Positions 49,865 to 63,500 of a stretch of DNA of 64,000 nucleotides are shown here, piece by piece. The position numbers and the translations under genes were made by a program. The stretch is from Vicugna vicugna. Lineage: Eukaryota. The stretch lies in the NCBI GenBank assembly GCA_013265495.1, contig MU058636.1, positions 8,577,425-8,641,424 of the forward strand, read 5' to 3'. How positions within the stretch are numbered: the stretch's first letter is position 1; every line of letters begins with the position of its first letter. The notes beneath the pieces were generated by a model. It saw only the letters and a program-made list of their open reading frames with translations. It searched no databases and was not told the DNA's origin.

Positions 49865-52800
49865 AAGGAGACACATGGAAAGTATTTGTTGCATGAATTA
49901 AAATTAAAAGGTTAATTCTTTTTAAAATGAATGATTGGCTATGATTAATAAATTAGTAGTATATCTTTAGTATTTTGCTATTTCAGACATTTAAAATATT
50001 CATATAGAGTTTTATAGTGAATTCATATAGTGTTTATCCTTGTGATTGTTGTCAGCATTCATCTTAGTGCAAAACACAAAAATGGCTAGAAATTCCAGAA
50101 CCAGCCATGTAATGATTTTCCTCTCATAATGCAGCAGAGAGTATAATGGATCATTCTTAAACACAGTAGTTTACGTTAATTGTACAACTTGCTTGTACAA
50201 CAAGAAAGAATATAATGATATGAAGTCTCCTTTCTTAAAATCCTTCATACAAGCCCTTTTGATATGAAATTTTCTTAAATATATTGGAAAGAAACTTTAT
50301 GTCTAACCTAAAGAAAAGAAACTGGTAATAGTATTTTATCAAAGGTCATATTAACAGACGTTGCAATTAAATTTTAACATGAACGCAAAATCTTACCACA
50401 ATTTTATAAATGTTCAGAGAAATCAATGTTCATCATACTTGCCGTCTACCTATGGAAGTACCCTGATCTGGTAGAGGCCGCAGGGAATGTGGGTTCCAAT
50501 ATGGCCAGTCCTCTGTCATAAGCCTCCAGTCTACGTGGGAGCAGCCTTAAACACTGGACCAATAGACAACTGAAAATGCTCATCTGCAGATACAAGGACT
50601 GAGGGCGTGCAAGCAGTAGGTAGTACTGAACACTGCACTGGAATTAGACCAAAGGGTAAATGAAACTCTTTGAGCAGTCACTGGGTTTGTTATACCTGCA
50701 TATCCATTTCATCATGATTAAAATCAAAATAAATTCTGGCAGACTCTGAAACACTCCTAAAAGCTACTGAATACCGATACGTTTTATGAGTAGAGATTAT
50801 CTGTAATCATATTAAACATATGACACATAATCCTTGTATATTTTTATAGATGAGAAAATCTTGACTCTTAAAACTATTGTGAGTGGCCCAGCTTTCAAAT
50901 AGCTTTCTTTACATAAACTGAAATGAACTGAGGTTATATGTTTCGAACATATCCTGGATTATTCAACAATAGATCCTTCCCTTAAAAATACTCAATTTGT
51001 TTACTTCTTAATCAAATTGTCTCCTACCTCTATTTTATTTTGTAGCGATCTATGTTCAAAAATAAATCAGAGGCTAAAATATTGCAATATAAAGCAAATC
51101 TTATACATTCTGCGTTGTCAAAAATTATTACCATTGACCATTAATCTAAAAAAGAGGCAGTTTCTAAGATTTCATTGTACCCAATATTTCAACAATAGCA
51201 GTGTAATAACTAGAAAGAAAGTATTTAAGTAGGCTGGAAAGTTATGCTTTAAGCTCTGGTTTTAGTGGTTCACTGCTAAGTACAACAGAATAGAACCCGG
51301 TTTTTGTGCTTCAGGTTAAAGTTGTTGCTACTTTATATGCTGGAAAAAAGTCTTTATCATAAGAACTATTATGATGAAATGTTTTTTCATTAAGCCTTTT
51401 TTATTCGTGAAAGGGCAAAATCATTTGCTGGTTCACTTTGTTCCAAGAACGTGCTGAAGTACTAAATAGAAATACGCTGTTCGGTTCTCTAAGTAGCTTG
51501 CCTATTACAAATCAAAATGTTAAGCTGTGAGGTTAAAATGAACCAGATAAGCAAATAAGTCTTTTCCCTCTGCCAACGTTTTCTTTTTATACAGCACATA
51601 CAGAGAGACATATCTTTTTTTTTAGATACAAAGCTATTTAATATCCTATAGGAGCATAATAACCCTAACATTTGAGTGTTCTATAAAAATATTGCTTTCT
51701 TTTTAATTATCAAGGCTCTCAGAGGCGTAGAGGTAGGCACTTGATTATATCACACGACGATTCTCAGAAGATAAAAACTTCTGGTAAAGACTGGGTAATA
51801 CTAGGAATGTAGTTCCCCAAAAATCCTGTTTTAAAAAGATGAATATAGCTTGGTCCAGTCCTTTTTTTGTTCGCCATATTTAAGACTAGGAGGTGGATGC
51901 CCTCTTTCTAGTTGTTAGATACATTCTCAGCTGTAGACAAAAGAGCTTTCTCGAAAACAATCCCAGGATATACTGAGAACTCCTAGAATGGGTCCATCTG
52001 TCTCAGACTGTCTTGAGCCAAAGTTTTTTATGCCCCAAAGCAAAGGGTAAGGGGGTGAGGATTCCAAGTCACCACACCCCTAGTTCTGAAACTGGCTTCT
52101 TCTCTTAGGTTTGCGTCTTTGGTTCAAAGGGGGATGGCAACATGTGGATGCATCACCGTAAGTCTGTCAAGACCATGGAAAACAGCTGATCTCCCAGCGT
52201 AAGTCACCTTTGAACTATAATTCAATGACATCTAAGTACAAAAGGAAAGTATCCTCTTTGAGGGTGTCAATAATGCCATTTAAAGTTAATATAAATTTAA
52301 TTGGAAATTCTAAGTCCTACTCTTAAAGGAAACAATAATTTGAGGCAAAATGGATGCATTTGGATTTCTTCCAACACGACCCAATGTTATTTTTTTTTTA
52401 ATTCCAAGTATAGACTCTATTTATTTTAGCATGACTTGTGTTATTTCCTTAATGAGTTCTCCATTTCCAGGAGAAGAGGACAATAAAACAGCCAAACATC
52501 GACAAGATAATATGTGACACCAGGACACGCTAAGAGGTTTTTGAGAATCCTTTGTTTGAAATCTTAAACAAAAAGATAACATGTGCCCCTCTGTATTCGC
52601 AGCATCTAGAAGAGTTACTCGTATGCTTTACATAAGTCCTTCAGAAAGCATTCCACATGTGTGTATGTATTACATATATTATATATTTCAAAAAAATCAC
52701 TTAGTAAGATTTGAGAGTCTTGCTTAAAAAAAACTTTTGACTTTGATGACCTTCCAAGTCGTTCATTACATATCTAATTATTCTACAGGGACACTAATAC

Positions 52801-53100
52801 ACTGGCAAATAACTTCTGTTGTCTTTTAGGGGCTATGCTATGCTCTTTGGTAACAATTTTTATGTCACTGTCTCTGATCATTATTACTCTGCAGGCAGTA
52901 CTGTAAGAACCCTTCCACGAGAGCTGTCTCCCATTCTTTATCTTTCTTTATTACTTATATGGCATTATATATTGCTCTATGTATATGTTTATACACACAC
53001 ACACATATACAGTATATACAGATGGGCATACATATGTATACTTTATGTTTAATTAAAGAATTTAAATGCAGGTTTTAAGTGCTAGTATATATTCAAATGT

Positions 53101-53140
53101 AGATACATATAGATATATATATATATATATATAGATATGT
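53101..53140. repeat. (AT)n microsatellite
   Basis: Direct read. Confidence 0.9.
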
Positions 53141-55359
53141 AATTAAACAAGGTCCAGAATTGCTTGTCAAGCTACAACTACCACAGAAGAGGATTCATTT
53201 AAAGCATAGCCTTCAATGTGATCTGAGGGGTGGGCACCTTCACTGGACTGGTCGTGAAAGAGATCCTTACGTAAGATGATCGCCAGCCTGTCACAAACAG
53301 TAGGGGTGACTGTATATAAAGCAGGATGGATCCTCCATCCTCCACTCAAGGTACACTATGTTCCTGCCTGTCCTCTCACCCCTCCGTCACATTCTTGGGG
53401 ATTCACTATTGGGGTGTTACCAGTTCTTTGAAAGAACAGCATATTAAAATACAGAGGCTGAGCACAGTAGCTGACAACAGACCCATCACCCATGCATTCA
53501 TTTATTCCATTCACTCCTTCAGTAAGCCTGTGTTGACCACTAATAACCCTAATTCTATGAAAGTGAAAATTACAATGCAATGAGCTATGAACTATAAGCC
53601 TGGTGCACAGGATCTTAAGCTTCCTCAACGGTGTTATTTCTCCACTATTCTTTAGAGGTAAAAGATACTAGAAGTGTAGCAGAGTATCTGAACACTGGTC
53701 ATAAACCCTCATTTGTAACAATTTTACTCTCAATGAAGTAGAATAAAAAGACTATAAAATCTCCCAAACCCTCCAAAAGCAAAAGCTCATGTCATCCCAC
53801 AACAGGACATCAGATACTATTTAGCCACGAATTCTCAGCTTAGATTACCGAATGTAATCACTCAAACGTCTCTGGCTTTCTTCGGTTCAGTACGTATTCC
53901 TGAGAAACACTTGTTCTAGCCACACTTCTCATGATGTAATAGAAAAACACTGCCCTTTCAGAATTCCAGTACAGCACCACTTAAACTAAAACACATTAAT
54001 AATTGGTTATATAAGTCCGGTGAAGACGAGAATTATGGAGTAACTAGGTGACTGGACGTTATATCCATTAAATGACGGCAGGTTATATTTATAACACAGG
54101 AAATAATATGGTACGCACTGTATCGCATAAGCACAATGTTATTATTATAATGGCTTCAGTCGATAAACAGGCTCACAATTCAGTCAACTTAGGAATTAGA
54201 AAACTGTGAAATAAATTGAGTATGCTTACTTACAAACACATAATACTTATGACAATCTAATTCAGTTAAAAACATATTCTTTGAGAACCCTCTGGGTTTC
54301 TTAAAGGAGTCTGCGTCTAGTTCAGGAGACAGACCTCTACCCATCTGCAATGCAGAACATAACAAGGGTTTGGCTTGTATTTATACTTGCGACACCTGGA
54401 GACATAAAGGAAACTTTCAAGGAGACAGTGAAATTGAGCTAGGCTTTGGTGCTTGGAGAACATTTTGAGGAAGCAATAAGGTAAAAGTTATTCTGCACAG
54501 AGGGAGCTTTGCCAGAAAATGCAAAGATGAAGAGCTAATTTGTGTCTCATTCATCTATTTCTTCAATGATTCATTTACTAATACTCAACAAACAGCTCCT
54601 GAATGGATACCACTTCAATGCTAATTTTTTGTAATGGTATTACATATATTCCAAAAAGTCATTTCCTCAACTTCAATGTCAATAGGTTTTTGGACATAAG
54701 CACATCAGTTTTCAATGCAGGTGTATGTTTAAAACAAAAAAACCCATGCACATTTGTTAAAATGTGCCACCAGCTGACAGATGTCTTTGGGCTATATGAA
54801 GTAGTGCTCCCTCATTAAATATCAAGGGACATTCAAAATAATTAGGCAATTAAAATTAAGACAAAAACAGCTTGTCTAGAAATTTCTCATGACATTGATA
54901 AGATGCAAGAGAAACCTAACAGGTCTTAACATGACTGTGTTTTGTGTAAACCAAGACATGTTATCAACAGCCTATAGATGTTCTAAAGTTTTGAATGACA
55001 ATTTTTTATGTAGTAATTATGATCTCCTGACTATTTAAAAATGTGCTACCTTGAATTTTACTCATGAAAATAAACCTTGTTCCTCCCCGTCTATATGACA
55101 CGTAGAGTTGGGAGTAAGAAAGGAAATAATTCCGAGAACGACTTGCTTGAGCTGAGCAGCGCATCTTCTGCTCTGCTCAGAACTGATGAAGTTTTCCTGA
55201 ACAGAGTATTGTTTCAAATTCTAGCCTCCTAAAGGGGTTGTTTACGTCCTGTGTTACAACATTTGAAAAATTAAAGAAATAAATAGCTGTAAGAATGCGA
55301 TGAATTTCTGGATTTTGTTCAGATACTACATATTTTGTTTTAGAAACCGTGAGAATCAA

Positions 55360-55598
55360 GTCAAAGGAGTCTGGGCTACAGAATCAAGTAGACATGGGTT
55401 CAAATCCTGACTCGACCACCAAACAGCTTTGTGGTTTTTGTTTTTGTTTTTGTTTTAGTCATTTAGTCTTTTCAGCTCCTTTAAAAGATGGTAATAATAC
55501 TTCAGTGTTAAGGTAGCTGTGAAGATAAACAGGAGAAAAAAAATATTTTAAGTTCTTAGCCTGGTTCCTGGCAGACACCAAGTACCCATAAATATTAA
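55360..55598 (+). mobile_element. MIR SINE
   Basis: AGAC.TGGGTTCAAATCCTGACTC.ACCAC...GCTGTGAAGAT...CTTAGC..GGT.CCTGGCA.A...AAGT.C.C.ATAAAT.TTA. Confidence 0.75.
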
Positions 55599-58500
55599 CC
55601 CCACCCCCATTTTCCTCCTTTTCTTTTTTCATAATAGTTCCAGTTTCCCTGTCTTAAGGAAATCTTACCCTTGATAATATTTGTCAAGGAAATTACTTAT
55701 GGTAAATTTTTCAACACATTTCAAAAATGTAACAGCAAACTACAGGCAGGCAGAGTATAATGAATGTATATCTGATTCATTACACTTCACTTGCCAGTTC
55801 TCAAAAAGAATGCAGTGTGCTAGATAAAGCTATCAAGGCGTATTTTTAAATTAATGTTTTAATTAACATTTCTAATTTTTATGTGTAAAACTGTGCCTGC
55901 GTGTCATCTGTTGCTTCTCACAGAGTTGTTACTCTAGGACACTGCTGTATTTCAAAGGAAACATTTCTTAAAGGATCAACAAAATATATACTCATGTTAA
56001 TGGGGAGCATCCACAGTCTAGTTACAAGAGAAGATCAAGTACTGAAACTATTCTCTCTGTTTCATTTCCTATTTAAGTGAAACTGAACTTTCAGAAGAAT
56101 TGTTGAGATTTAAAAAAAAAAACCTTAAGTATATCATCTCATTTATTGAATAGTTCATGGAACTGTGTAGTTTTAAATGGGTATATTTTCAGTGCATGTG
56201 TCTTTAATTTTGTTTCCCAAATGAATGGCTTCTTTTCCTACGTGTGTTTTTTTTCATCATAGCATTATTTTGGTAGTACTCATGTTCTCAGAGATCAGGT
56301 CTCTATTTGTGCTGATTAAAAAGATATAGCCGTGGTCTGACATCCCTGATGAAAATATTCTCAAATCTCTTAAAATAGTGAGGTCTTGACGCATCTGGGA
56401 AGATTAGAACTAGAAGACATAAGAGGGAGGATGTTCGAAAGCAATTTTTCATCACAGCTAGCTAGCAAATGTCCAATTTAAGTTGGGTTGAATTAACCAG
56501 ATTTAATGTCTATTTGGTGTGAGTGTGTTTGGGGGGAGGGGAGTGATAAAGCACAACTTAAGCTAAAAGACAAGGTTTTTATTTTGAGTTGTCCCTCAAC
56601 ATCATTTTCAATAAGAATCAAAATGCTTGTTGTGGGTTTTCCATAGATGTTAAGGAGGTAACACTGGTTTCAGTTTAACCCAGACAACACAGAAGTAAAG
56701 ACGCACACTAGACTCTGATCTCATAAAATGCTCAACAAATATGATTTTGAAAAAAGGAAATTTAATACTTTATTATATTGCCTTCACCTAGCTTGTTTTT
56801 AAAAATAAAACAATTCTGTTTTCATAAGAAAATATTCAGTCCAGAGTTTTATTCTCCTAGCTAATTTTAATGTTCAGCATTTCTTCTACATCTTTATTTC
56901 CAAAATCCTTTCTCTCTTTGAGCACTGATACTCACATATTAACTACTGAACAAATGTGTGCATATCTTTATTTTTGTTGCAATATATGAATGAATTAGAA
57001 AAGGTAGATTATTTTAGCTTTCAGTTGCTAGATACAATATGGATAACCTGAATTGCCATAAGTTATCCTGGCAATTAAACCTGCAGTCATAAAATTCTGA
57101 CACTATTTTCAACAATAAATTTGTGAAAGTATTTTTAATTCAGTAGGGTTAATCAGCACATCCTAAAGGTTATTATTATACTTCAATAGAAATGTATCAT
57201 GTTTATAACAGAATTTAAGTTTAAAAGTAAAATGTGTGATCTGAATAAGATTCAAAGTTCTTCCAAATCAGAAGGAACAAAAGCAATGTTTCTGGCAATT
57301 TTCCTACTTATGTAAAGTATACATTAATAAAGGTTATCTTATGTGGAAAGTTATTTGAGCTCTTATATTTTAATAACCAGAGTGGCTATAAAATTCACAT
57401 AGAACTTTCATTTTCTCATGGTTTTCTCATTGCATTTTGAGCTTGACTTTCCAGGAATAACTGCCACAGAAAAATAAATCATGTAAAAATTACAAAATTT
57501 TAAAGTTTATAGATAATGGACTTCAATTCCACCATTTGTATCTTTGAGAATGACCATTAAGCAAGTAAATGGAGACTCATGTTATTTTTCAAGATCAGAG
57601 ATTTTCAGAGTATTAATATTTAACAGATTTTTCTAAAGAGACACGTTTCTTATACCTGTTGAGCTTAGATCTTTTATGCTTTGATAAAAGCCCATGTTTC
57701 TTTAAGTTCTTACTTAAGTGGAAGAATGTTTCTAAATTTGCAATGACAAATCTCCCTACGCCTTAAACAGTTTTTCTTTCTACCTCACTATATACTTATT
57801 CCCTCAGTGAATATTAAACACTACTTATGTATCAATTTCATTAACCTGTGGGTATTTCTCTTTGTAACTTTCTTGGCATAAATCTATTGGCTCTTCACTC
57901 TACAACAGCAAGCTTAGCAGAGCAGCTGAGCTCTGTGAAGGCTCTCCAGCTCTGTGGTCTCTTATTCACAAATGATACAAGTGCTTTCTTTTTTTCTACC
58001 TGTGCTGACTCTCCATTAATTCAAGACATTTGCATGAAATGCTTTGACAAAGCCAGTTTAACCTCTACTATATGTTGCTTTGCATTAATGACATTAATTC
58101 ATAAATAGTTTTTAAAGAGCTTCTTTAACAATATCTACTGAATTTAGATACTAACATTCGAATTATTAGGTATCCCTGTATCTTATTAATTTTTTGCCTT
58201 CAATACATAAAGGAGGGGTGTTTCTTGTCTACTGTCCAGGTGAATAGAAGTAGGCATTACAAGTGCAAGTTTAAACAGCCAACCAGAACACAGTGAGGAC
58301 GATTTCGGTGTTTTCACATATCCACCCACTCTTACTCTCGCTAATTCAGTTTTTCTTAATAAAAAAAAAAAAAAACTCGTTACCCTATTTTCTTAAAGAA
58401 TGTGTAATATATTTTGTGCAGTAATTACTATGATAGAAATCCAGAAATTATATGAGACCTGATTTTTTTTTTAAGTTTTACAAGTCTGTTCTAAATTTCC

Positions 58501-59089
58501 TTTTAATAAAACAAGTAAACCTTGTTTCTGCCTCCTTGCACTCCTTTGGCTTGGTGCTTACTTGCTAAGCAACCTGCTGCATTTTATAGCTGTGGATCTT
58601 AATTGGAAAGGGCCCCCCTAAGACACCATGTGAACAGGGATACGCCAGAGTGGATACAGCATGGTGACCCAGACGAGACACGGAGGTCCCTTTCCGCAGT
58701 TTGTCCCACCCTCCTTCCCCTTCGGGTATTCTCTGGTTATCTCATCACAAAAGACAGCTGAGTTCACAGCTGGAACAACAAGTTGTGCTGCGAACGCCAG
58801 TGATTCAGCCAAGCCGCCAAGAGGGTCACTGGCTTAATGGGAATTTCAGTTGCCAAGCGAACTAGGAACCCCTAGCCTGGGTCCAGCCACACACGGATAA
58901 AAGTGTTGCTGCCTTTTGATAGAGGATGGAAATGACGCAGAGGGTAATTGGGCGACAGAATACTGATCCCACTGCTTTCTCCATTACCCCAGTTTAGGTA
59001 CCAGAGTCTAGGGCTCACTTACATACACCCAGGGGCCACCAAGATCTCCATCTTCCCTAAATGCATAACAGGCTGAAAGCAGCCTTCCT

Positions 59090-60495
59090 CCCAGCTCCGC
59101 GGCGCGGCTGCTGCTGCTTTGTTTACCATGTAAGTCACACCGGGGGTTCACTCTTGCCCTCTCCCCTGCTTTAAAGTGGGGTACGGCCAGAGGCTGAGAA
59201 GCAGCCCCAAACTCCCGCGGAGCCCGGTCAACCAGAGAAACCTTCGCAGACCCGGTCCCGAGCCTTAAAGAGAAGCCGCGCAGCCGGAGCCTCTGAACTC
59301 GGAACCCCCCGGGGACGTCCGCCTCACGAGAGCGAGCCGGCTTCCCAGGCGGCTTGAGAAACTTAACGGAGATCCCAGGGCGGAGGCGAGGTGTATGCAG
59401 CTCCTGTCACACGGAGCTCCGAGGCGACACCCTCTTTACCTGCAAAGTTGCAACCTTCCGGCTGAAGAGGGAGCGATTCCAGGCCGGCGGCGCGGGTGCT
59501 ATGCCCGGGGAGCGCACGCCCGGCAAATTCCAACGGGATTTCCTTGGTCTCCGCCGAGTTTCGGAGCATTCCAAGGAAAACGCACGAAGCCGGAGCCCAC
59601 GCAGCTGGCACCGAGCTGGGCGGAGTGAGGATGCTCTGAGAGAGATGCCACGGGAGGCGGGGGAGGGGAGGCCCCGAAGGGGAGGTGAGCGCCGGGGGAG
59701 GAGAACCTCGCCCACCCCCTCCCTTGCGGATCCCTCCGGATAAAGTTAGCGTTCCCACGGCTGCCAACGGATGAACCCAGAGGGAGGCACTCCGCCCTCC
59801 GTCTCCCACGGCTGCCGGACTCCGGGGCCGCACAGACCGGGTCCGCGAAGGGCAGCTCATGAGGATGCGCGTCCCACGCACCGCTCCGCGCCGCGGTGAG
59901 GGACCCGCGCGCGGGCAGGACCTCGAATCGGCTGCCCAGGGAGAGCCTCCGCCTCCCTGGGCCAAAGGTTTGCGGTCAGCCAGTTGGGCAGGAGAGCTCA
60001 CCTCAAGCCAGCGGTCACGCAGCCACGTCCGCGGAGGGAACCCACCCTGCGAGCCTGGGTGACAGCCAGACACACCTCCAGGCTTCGGGCGGGCTCTGCC
60101 GGCGGTCCGACCTCAGTTCGCGTCCGGAGCCAGCTTCGGCACACCCGGCTCCCACCCCAGTAAGCAAGCACCCGGGCGGCAGGTCGCCCGACTTGAGAAA
60201 GTAACCCCCACCCTCACCCCGTAACTCTCAAAGCCTCTCCCACTCCGCTGCTCTGGGGTCCCGGCACCCCCTCTCGCGTCCTCAAGGTGTCAGACTTCCC
60301 CTGCAAGAGCAGGCGTTTGCGGCTCGCCGCTAGTGTCAACAATGGAGACAGTCGCAATGAATAAATGATGAGGAAGCGTCCCACCCACCCGCCCCCAGCT
60401 CGCGCCTTCCAACAGGCCCAGGAAAATCAGTAAGTTTCCAAATATTAAGTAAAACCCCAAACGCGCACCAGCCTAGGAGCGCGAGGTTCGGTGGC
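59090..60495. promoter_or_regulatory. TRPC4: CpG island / TATA-less TRPC4 promoter (weaker CpG shoulders to about 58670 and 61120)
   Basis: Abrupt rise in GC and CpG density compared with the rest of the window. GC box GGGCGG at 59618-59623, G-rich Sp/KLF-like tract at 59652-59700, no TATA box seen. Confidence 0.9.
59440..59645 (-). other. TRPC4: TRPC4 exon 1 (5' UTR); 5' end approximate
   Basis: Lies in the only CpG island and ends in TTGCAACTTTGCAG|GTAAAG (GT at 59439-59438). CAGAGCATCCTCACTCCGCCCAG...TTTTCCTTGGAATGCTCC resembles the human TRPC4 5' UTR as I recall it (not verified by alignment). Confidence 0.85.
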
Positions 60496-60512
60496 TTCAG
60501 GTGGGATGTGTT

Positions 60513-60514
<2 letters not shown>

Positions 60515-60562
<48 letters not shown>
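60515..60562. repeat. (GT)24 microsatellite upstream of TRPC4 exon 1
   Basis: Direct read; uninterrupted. Confidence 0.97.
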
Positions 60563-60564
<2 letters not shown>

Positions 60565-63500
60565 TGAGTGATGCACCCAACAGCGTAGCGAGATTGCAGG
60601 ATAAAAGTTCTCTCTTGACAGTCACTTGGATGTTCCTACCTGAAGATAATATTAACGTGCGTATAGAGGAAAAGATCTGTATAGGCAAAGTTGACAATAA
60701 CTTACTCGCTTGTCACTGCGACGCGGTGATTCCCAGCTTGTCACCCGCGGAGGCTTGGTTGGTCTCGACCTTAAGGACTGGAGAGTCTATTTGTAAAATA
60801 GAGTGGCGTCCATGCGGAATTTTAGCTAGCGGTTACTTGGCTTGCGACCCTCGGGTCTCCATGATTTCTTTTATTCTCCGAAAACCCTGGGGTGATTGCT
60901 GGTCGCTGGTCCCATCTCGGCAGATGCCTGCTCCAGCTTCGCGCTAGTGCAACAGATGAGTGACAGCCCTTCCTCCCGGTCCCAGCCACGCGTCGTTACA
61001 CCTTCTGGGAGTCAGTGCTCTGCCGACTGCCGGGAGGATCAGTTTCTCCCCAAGAACTAGCCCCCAGGGGAGTTAAGGGTAGGCGGCAAGCCGGACCCAC
61101 GCGCAGACTCCAAAGCGCCGAATTAAAGAATTTCCTTCTTGGCTGTCTTTTATTTTTCCCTCCTTAGTTCACAAGAGTTGAGGGTTTTTTTGTTTGTTGG
61201 TTTGTTTGTTTAACCACTTTCCTTGTTTCTAAATTTCTCTTTCTCTCTAGCTTATTGCTCTTCTCATGAGTTTATCCCAAGCCCAGACTTGACCCCTGCT
61301 GACCCCTGTTCTAAATTTATCTAAGTGCTTCCTCTAGGTCATCTCCTCCCAGGTACTGAGGCAAACTTGCTTCCTATAAAGGCTCTCCAGAAAACAAGTA
61401 AATGTGCAAACAACAAAGGAATTCCTTTCTTTCCTCGAACATTTTTGCTTTTTAACACAAAAATACTTTAACATCTTTAAACAGTTTATAAAATGTTTTA
61501 ATGTTAAACAATGACGTTTATGAAACATGCAGGAACACGTGTACCTGTAGACAAGGCAATGGACTTTATAATAAATACAAGTCCACTTTCTACCTAACAG
61601 GGGAGGGGAGGACAATGTATATAAAAATCTGTTTTATGCAATGCAACAGTAAATGTGTTTGTATTTTTTTCTGAAATAACATACTCCCATTAATCATCAT
61701 TAATTTAAATGTTTTAATGCCTAAGAAACAAAAGTGAAGCCAACAGTTATTGAGGTAATGTCTTGCCTCAGCCTGATACACAAAATTCTACATATTCTGA
61801 GTGTGTGTCTTTAAAAATAAACCCCTAATAGAATTCCGCATACTGAGATGAGTGTACGTCTTTATCCTATGTTTAAAAATACATTCAAAGGAAAGTGGAT
61901 CAGCAACACACATCCACTGATAAAGGGTGAAGAACTTTTTACTTTACAACCTTGTAAAGTACTCTGTACCAAATTATATGCCTGTTCCTGCCTCTCTTAC
62001 GTTATGTTCTTTATAACAAATAGCATCTCCGTCATGATGTTGGTGAGGGGTGTTTTGTATTATTATTTCCCTAAGCTGTTATTTTTTCCATAAGAAATGT
62101 GCCTGTGAATCTGCAGTAAATACAAAACAGAAAGGAACAGTGAGGACAGCCATCAGAGTAGGCTATGTTCTATTGATCCCTGAGCGTCATTGCAACATGT
62201 TCACTTGATTATTGATTGCTAACCTCATGTGACCTCCTAAAATGATTAGCAATTACGAGAAAATTATTTGAAATCTACTTAAACAACACACTGAACTGTG
62301 TATACTACAGTCATTAGCCATAGATAAGGAGGACAACTTGTTTTTGTTTCAATTTTAAAATATAAATCTGGCTTCATTCCACAAGCCTGCACTGCACTTA
62401 ACATGCAATTCACTGAAGTCACAGAAACTTACAATATAAAGTTATATGATGATCGGGAATTACTTTTTAATACCTTAGTCAGAAAAACAAGAAAGTACTT
62501 TTCTTTTGAAATTAGCAAGAGACAAGTGAGTGACCCAAGAAATGATAGCAGTGAAACAATCCTCCCCAATGCCTGTTTATTTATAGTAAAAATGTATCAT
62601 GGAACTGGAGTTAACAATTGTTTCAGGAATTCAACTTTCAACTTATTTCTGAAAATTATTCTTCCACTTAGGAGTTGATAAGTAACATATCATGTTTCTT
62701 CCAAAGCTGCTATGACTCTGACTTAGAGACAATCACAGGACAGGTATTTGGAAAATTTAGTTCTGCACATATGACACTCCTGGGATTTTCTGTGACAGTA
62801 ATTATATATAGTGATACCACCATCATTAAATGATCATGGCCTTTGTTTATCTTAGGCAAATTTGAGAAATAAATTTGCATTGTCTCTCAAGTCCAAGGGA
62901 CCTGTCTTCTACCTACGTAACCAGGACTTCCCCTGATTCTGCACAAGGTTCATTGAAGGCCCTTCACTGAAAGGCGTAGGTCTGCTCAGCTTGCCTTGTA
63001 GAGCAGACCCTTCTCCAGGTTGTTGTGTCCTCTGTTTCGCCATCAGTTGTAACTAGACTTTGATCCAATCCACATGGACCATGCTATCGACATAGCTTTT
63101 TACTTGCCTTAAAAAAAAAATGTTATTTTCTAAGTTTCCAAGTTTTCTTCAAAGACATTCATTTTAATGAATTATTACACATTTGTACAAAATACTGAAG
63201 TATTTCTCAAATCTTCAAAGTGTGGGTTGTTTTTATAGTCTTATTCCCTAGAGTAAGACTTTGTTGAAAGCCTTTGTACACGCACTTTTCTCTGTACATC
63301 TGATTATGTCCTCAGAATAGATTCTTAGAAATAGAGCCACTGTATCCAAATGCAGGAATAACTTAAAGCTCATGGTATGTCAGATATGATTTATTGAGCC
63401 CTCATCAGCATGCGGCATATATAATCTGCTTTTTACTCTTTTCTTTCTGCATTTTTGGTGACTTTCTGTTTTTTTTAAATGACATCTCAATGTAATGAGT

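Larger units (their letters stand above)
11491..59439 (-). other. TRPC4: TRPC4 intron 1 (47,949 bp, GT-AG)
   Basis: Bounded by the exon 1 donor and the exon 2 acceptor above; no other convincing exon seen. Confidence 0.8.

Noticed and set aside
59354..60204. Several long overlapping ORFs (up to 236 aa) on both strands
   Set aside because: Expected from stop-codon scarcity in a GC-rich CpG island; Arg/Pro/Gly/Ser-rich with no recognisable domain. Only the part from ATG 59569 lies in the inferred exon 1.
60501..60947. 148-aa ORF with a CVCV run, and the 101-aa ORF at 27795-28100
   Set aside because: Produced by (GT)n and (TCTA)n microsatellites.
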